A stretch of 43,771 nt of DNA from a virus: IMG/VR virus record IMGVR_UViG_3300006030_000040. One strand, written 5' to 3'. Shown here one piece after another: positions 41,399 through 43,771 of the stretch. Both the position numbers and the translations under genes were made by a program. Position 1 is the stretch's first letter. Every line of letters starts with the position of its first letter. A model generated the notes under the pieces. That model was not told the origin of the DNA. It did no database searches and saw nothing but the letters and a program-made list of their open reading frames with translations.

Positions 41399-41775
41399 AA
41401 AGAACAGTCCTTGGCTTGTCTCATTCCTTCTTCCAAGCGATTTAGCTCATCTTCCATATACGAGGGTGTATCTGACCACTTGGCTTGAGCCAATAGGAAC
41501 CAATTTAAACAGAACGCCTCCTTCTTCGCCTTTTCGGTTTGGATGGCTAAATCATAGGCTAGTTTAGCGATTTCGAGCTCTGACGCTGAAGTTTTCCATT
41601 CACCTTGAGCCATATCGTAAAGCGAGGAGTACATTTGTGTCTTGTCACTGTACTCAAATACTGATGGGTCTTGTTTTGGCGTAGGAGTGGGGAGAAAGTT
41701 TCCGAACATCGCCATGACCATCAGGACGGCAAGAATAATTGGTAAAGCGATTCTAAGTGTGTTTTTGGTTTTCAT
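41395..41775 (-). CDS. Signal-anchored / secreted protein (126 aa)
   Basis: N-terminus MKTKNTLRIALPIILAVLMVMAMF, with a 4-nt overlap with the downstream gene. Confidence 0.65.
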   Translation of the reverse strand: MKTKNTLRIALPIILAVLMVMAMFGNFLPTPTPKQDPSVFEYSDKTQMYSSLYDMAQGEWKTSASELEIAKLAYDLAIQTEKAKKEAFCLNWFLLAQAKWSDTPSYMEDELNRLEEGMRQAKDCSF

Positions 41776-41776
41776 A

Positions 41777-41866
41777 TTAAAAGAGGTTGTAAATAAAGAC
41801 TGCGACTCCGACCGTGATTATTTCGATTAGAGTGACGGCCATGATAAGTTGAGTGTAAGGGTGCAT
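41777..41866 (-). CDS. Tiny membrane peptide (29 aa, MHPYTQLIMAVTLIEIITVGVAVFIYNLF)
   Basis: Hand-translated. It ends 1 nt before the next start. Confidence 0.4.
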   Translation of the reverse strand: MHPYTQLIMAVTLIEIITVGVAVFIYNLF

Positions 41867-41930
41867 ATGTTTTTGTTATGGATGGATGATGGTTCGACCA
41901 ACGCATCACATAACTATATCATACATTAAC

Positions 41931-42335
41931 CTAACTTACAAGAGCCGTATATTTAGCTATCAACTCTTCCAACTCTTCACGGCTGGGCTTCCATAGATCA
42001 TGCCTTCGAGCTTCTAAAGCCTCTACACGTTCCCTGCCGATTTTCGCTACAAGCCTAGGTCTATACTCGGTTAAATTGCCACGCTTGAATAAATTGTCTC
42101 CGTTTGACTGGCCGTGGACATTATCTTCATCAAAGCGTACCGCTGAATAAGTTGAAGGGATAAAGTGCCCAGCGTGCATTTGAGAAACTGGAAGGACTTT
42201 CCCACTAGAGATACATGTGAAATATCCGTCCTGAGAGTCTCTAGCACGAATGTAAGCATTGAAGACCTTAGTTAGGTCTTTTTTAAGCTGCGCTATTGTC
42301 TTCGGGCGTTTCTTGTAGATTATTTTAGTCTTCAT
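41931..42335 (-). CDS. ninG: NinG/Rap-family recombination endonuclease
   Basis: CISSG...HAGHFIPSTYSAVRFDEDNVHGQSNGDN...GNLTEYRPRLVAKIGRERVEALE follows the lambda NinG pattern. Confidence 0.85.
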   Translation of the reverse strand: MKTKIIYKKRPKTIAQLKKDLTKVFNAYIRARDSQDGYFTCISSGKVLPVSQMHAGHFIPSTYSAVRFDEDNVHGQSNGDNLFKRGNLTEYRPRLVAKIGRERVEALEARRHDLWKPSREELEELIAKYTALVS

Positions 42336-42510
42336 CTTTTGGCATGTAGTGAAAGGGTAAACTTAGATTGAAAGTGCCTAAATTATACTTCTCTTTAAGA
42401 TATTTCTGTATCTCTTCGCAAGAAGGCCCTGCAAATATTTTGCGCCCACACCACCATTGATGCTTTGGCAAAATACACCTACAGTTCTCGCATTTGGGCT
42501 TAGTAACCAT
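42325..42510 (-). CDS. Small Cys-rich protein (61 aa)
   Basis: CENCRC...WWCG...C pattern, located between the NinB-like and NinG-like genes. Confidence 0.55.
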   Translation of the reverse strand: MVTKPKCENCRCILPKHQWWCGRKIFAGPSCEEIQKYLKEKYNLGTFNLSLPFHYMPKDED

Positions 42511-42856
42511 ATTCTTCAGGGTTAAAATCTCTTAGCATCCTTTCCTCTATTGATGGGAAGGGAACGTGGATTCCAGGGATAGCTAGAGTTCTATTCATGT
42601 GCTCCCAAACGTCTTGGAGTTCCTTAGTCGTCAGGTCAGCGGTGGAAGTTCTTCCGTAAAGCTTCTCTCCGATAAGCCTAAACCAATCTTTGACAAGCTT
42701 AGGTGTCCACGCTAATTCTACTCCTAGGGACATCATGTATTCAACACTTAGCCCTTTTTCTATAAGCTGGTCGGAAACCATACCAAGGCCCTTGTGCAAG
42801 GCTTTGTTCTGGAGCCCTGTCCTTTGCTTTTCGGCTTCCTGGTGTTTTGTGCTCAT
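42500..42856 (-). CDS. ninB: NinB-like (Orf-family) recombination mediator
   Basis: GLQNKALHKGLGMVSDQL parallels lambda NinB DQNRKLWACLGDVSRQV. GRTSTADLTTKELQDVWEHM...PGIHVPF parallels GQSTSRMRVGEFAELLELI...RGVKW. Both lambda sequences are recalled from memory. Confidence 0.6.
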   Translation of the reverse strand: MSTKHQEAEKQRTGLQNKALHKGLGMVSDQLIEKGLSVEYMMSLGVELAWTPKLVKDWFRLIGEKLYGRTSTADLTTKELQDVWEHMNRTLAIPGIHVPFPSIEERMLRDFNPEEYGY

Positions 42857-42882
42857 AGCAGTATAGGATATAATTGCTGTTT

Positions 42883-43200
42883 CTAATTAGATTTGGACAA
42901 ACTAGACATTGTTTCATGTTTTAGTCTTTTACATGTCGGCGAACAGAACTTTCTTTGCTCCCAACTCCTAGCTCCTTCTCTGAGTGGCTTTTCGATTGTT
43001 TCACCACATTGTGCGCATGGTTTCGTTAGTCGTGGCGCTTTAGGCTTGTTCCACACTAGTTTGGATTTCTTAGGCTGCCTTTCTCCAGAGAAAACAGTTA
43101 TCGGCTTATCGTCATAATAAGTCTCCATTTCTGGATGCTTTTCTAGATACTTTTTCTTTTGTTCTTGGTAAAAGCTTTTAGTTTTCTGTGTGTGACTCAT
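42883..43200 (-). CDS. Basic zinc-ribbon protein (105 aa)
   Basis: CAQCGETI...CSPTCK. I used the start at MSHTQKT (ATGA overlap with the upstream stop) rather than 43233. Confidence 0.6.
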   Translation of the reverse strand: MSHTQKTKSFYQEQKKKYLEKHPEMETYYDDKPITVFSGERQPKKSKLVWNKPKAPRLTKPCAQCGETIEKPLREGARSWEQRKFCSPTCKRLKHETMSSLSKSN

Positions 43201-43631
43201 GATTGAAGGGCTACGAATAACATAGCGAACCAAGCACTAACAGCGATGAATCCACAAACACAGATTACAGCAAACTTGATTCTTTCTCTTCGTTCACGGT
43301 CATCTTGGTAGTCAATGATACAGTCGAGTACAGACTCAAAGTCCTCAAGTTGTTCCTTTGCGTCGTATGACGTTTGAGTGCTCTTTCTTGCCGCCTCTTT
43401 GTAAAGCTTAGCACCTTCCTCTTCAGCATCATGCTTAGTCAACTCATTAGCGTCAATTCCCAATACTTTAGCCATCTTTAGAATGGTTTCAATCTGAGGG
43501 TAATCCTCACCTCGTCTTAGCTTGAAGAACTGACTTTTTGAGATATTTAAACGTGGGTCTTTGTTATTGTAGAAGTCCCGTGGGGTCTTCTCTTTGATTC
43601 TCATGTAACGGACTAGGTTGGTGTGGAACAT
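43197..43631 (-). CDS. XRE-family HTH regulator with a C-terminal transmembrane segment
   Basis: The N-terminus (ISKSQFFKLRRGEDYPQIETILKMAKVLGIDANEL) is HTH_3-like. The C-terminus (FAVICVCGFIAVSAWFAMLFVAL) is hydrophobic. Confidence 0.75.
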   Translation of the reverse strand: MFHTNLVRYMRIKEKTPRDFYNNKDPRLNISKSQFFKLRRGEDYPQIETILKMAKVLGIDANELTKHDAEEEGAKLYKEAARKSTQTSYDAKEQLEDFESVLDCIIDYQDDRERRERIKFAVICVCGFIAVSAWFAMLFVALQS

Positions 43632-43647
43632 AGGGTTTAGTTAAGTT

Positions 43648-43771
43648 CTAAAGGATTCCGCCATAGCCAGAGCCATAGCCAGAGCCATAGCCATAGCCAG
43701 AGCCATCGCCATCGCCAGAGCCAGAGCCATAGCCAGAGCCAGAGCCAGAGCCATCGCCAGAGCCAGAGCCA
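43648..43771 (-). CDS. 3' part of the 55-aa (X-Gly)n repeat protein (same gene as 1..146, seen through the terminal overlap)
   Basis: The minus-strand frame ends ...GYGSGYGGIL-TAG (stop at 43650..43648). Upstream sequence runs off the window end and is duplicated at 1..102. Confidence 0.5.
   Translation of the reverse strand, partial: GSGSGDGSGSGSGYGSGSGDGDGSGYGYGSGYGSGYGGIL
43670..43771. repeat. Terminal direct repeat, copy 2 (identical to 1..102)
   Basis: Base-by-base identity with the window start. Confidence 0.95.

Noticed and set aside
1-43771. Stop-codon reassignment with suppressor tRNAs, as in some recoded gut phages
   Set aside because: All large genes are intact, uninterrupted ORFs in the standard code. 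Neither tRNA-like gene shows a clean CUA, UCA or UUA anticodon loop.
1-43771. Diversity-generating retroelement, retron or CRISPR-Cas/anti-CRISPR operon
   Set aside because: There is no reverse-transcriptase-like ORF, no template/variable repeat pair and no cas genes. The small early ORFs could include anti-defence genes, but nothing in the sequence lets me say so.
43670-43771. Genuine T7-like physical direct terminal repeats
   Set aside because: The repeat lies within a coding microsatellite-like tract and the interrupted gene is restored by circular closure. An assembly overlap is more parsimonious, but this is not excluded without read data.

Overview
The window looks like one complete, closed genome of a tailed dsDNA phage. 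Bases 1-102 are identical to 43670-43771, so the unique length is about 43,669 bp.

Layout: two divergent arms leave a 660-bp ORF-free region (3182-3843) and converge on a hairpin terminator (35871-35894).
- The rightward arm (3844-35830) carries small DNA-binding and HNH genes, candidate small and large terminase subunits, portal, scaffold, a glycosyltransferase, a decoration-like protein, an HK97-like major capsid protein and a beta-helix protein. These are followed by a long run of tail and fibre genes (LamG-like, Gly-rich fibre), three large internal-virion-like proteins (one with a CHAP-like domain) and a lysis cassette ending in an M23 peptidase.
- The leftward arm runs 3181 down to 1, wraps through the junction, and continues 43771 down to 35905. 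It carries lambda-like recombination genes (RecT-like, YqaJ-like exonuclease, NinB-like, NinG-like), a membrane-anchored XRE regulator, an HNH-AP2 endonuclease and many small zinc-ribbon ORFs. It also has a membrane/lysozyme-like mini-cassette and a terminal cassette ending in a papain-like cysteine peptidase.

I recognise no integrase, DNA polymerase, primase/helicase, reverse transcriptase, CRISPR array or stop-codon recoding. Almost no gene has a Shine-Dalgarno motif.

The items most worth a second look:
- two oversized tRNA-Leu-like genes (129 and 139 nt) with normal acceptor, D and T arms but no canonical anticodon arm;
- the 660-bp hairpin-rich ORF-free control region;
- a 55-aa (X-Gly)n repeat protein encoded across the junction;
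- mirrored paralogous membrane-protein-plus-peptidase cassettes at the convergence point;
- conserved regulatory motifs in both arms;
- a cluster of tiny polybasic ORFs.

All calls come from reading the sequence and recalling family motifs. No searches or folding programs were run.
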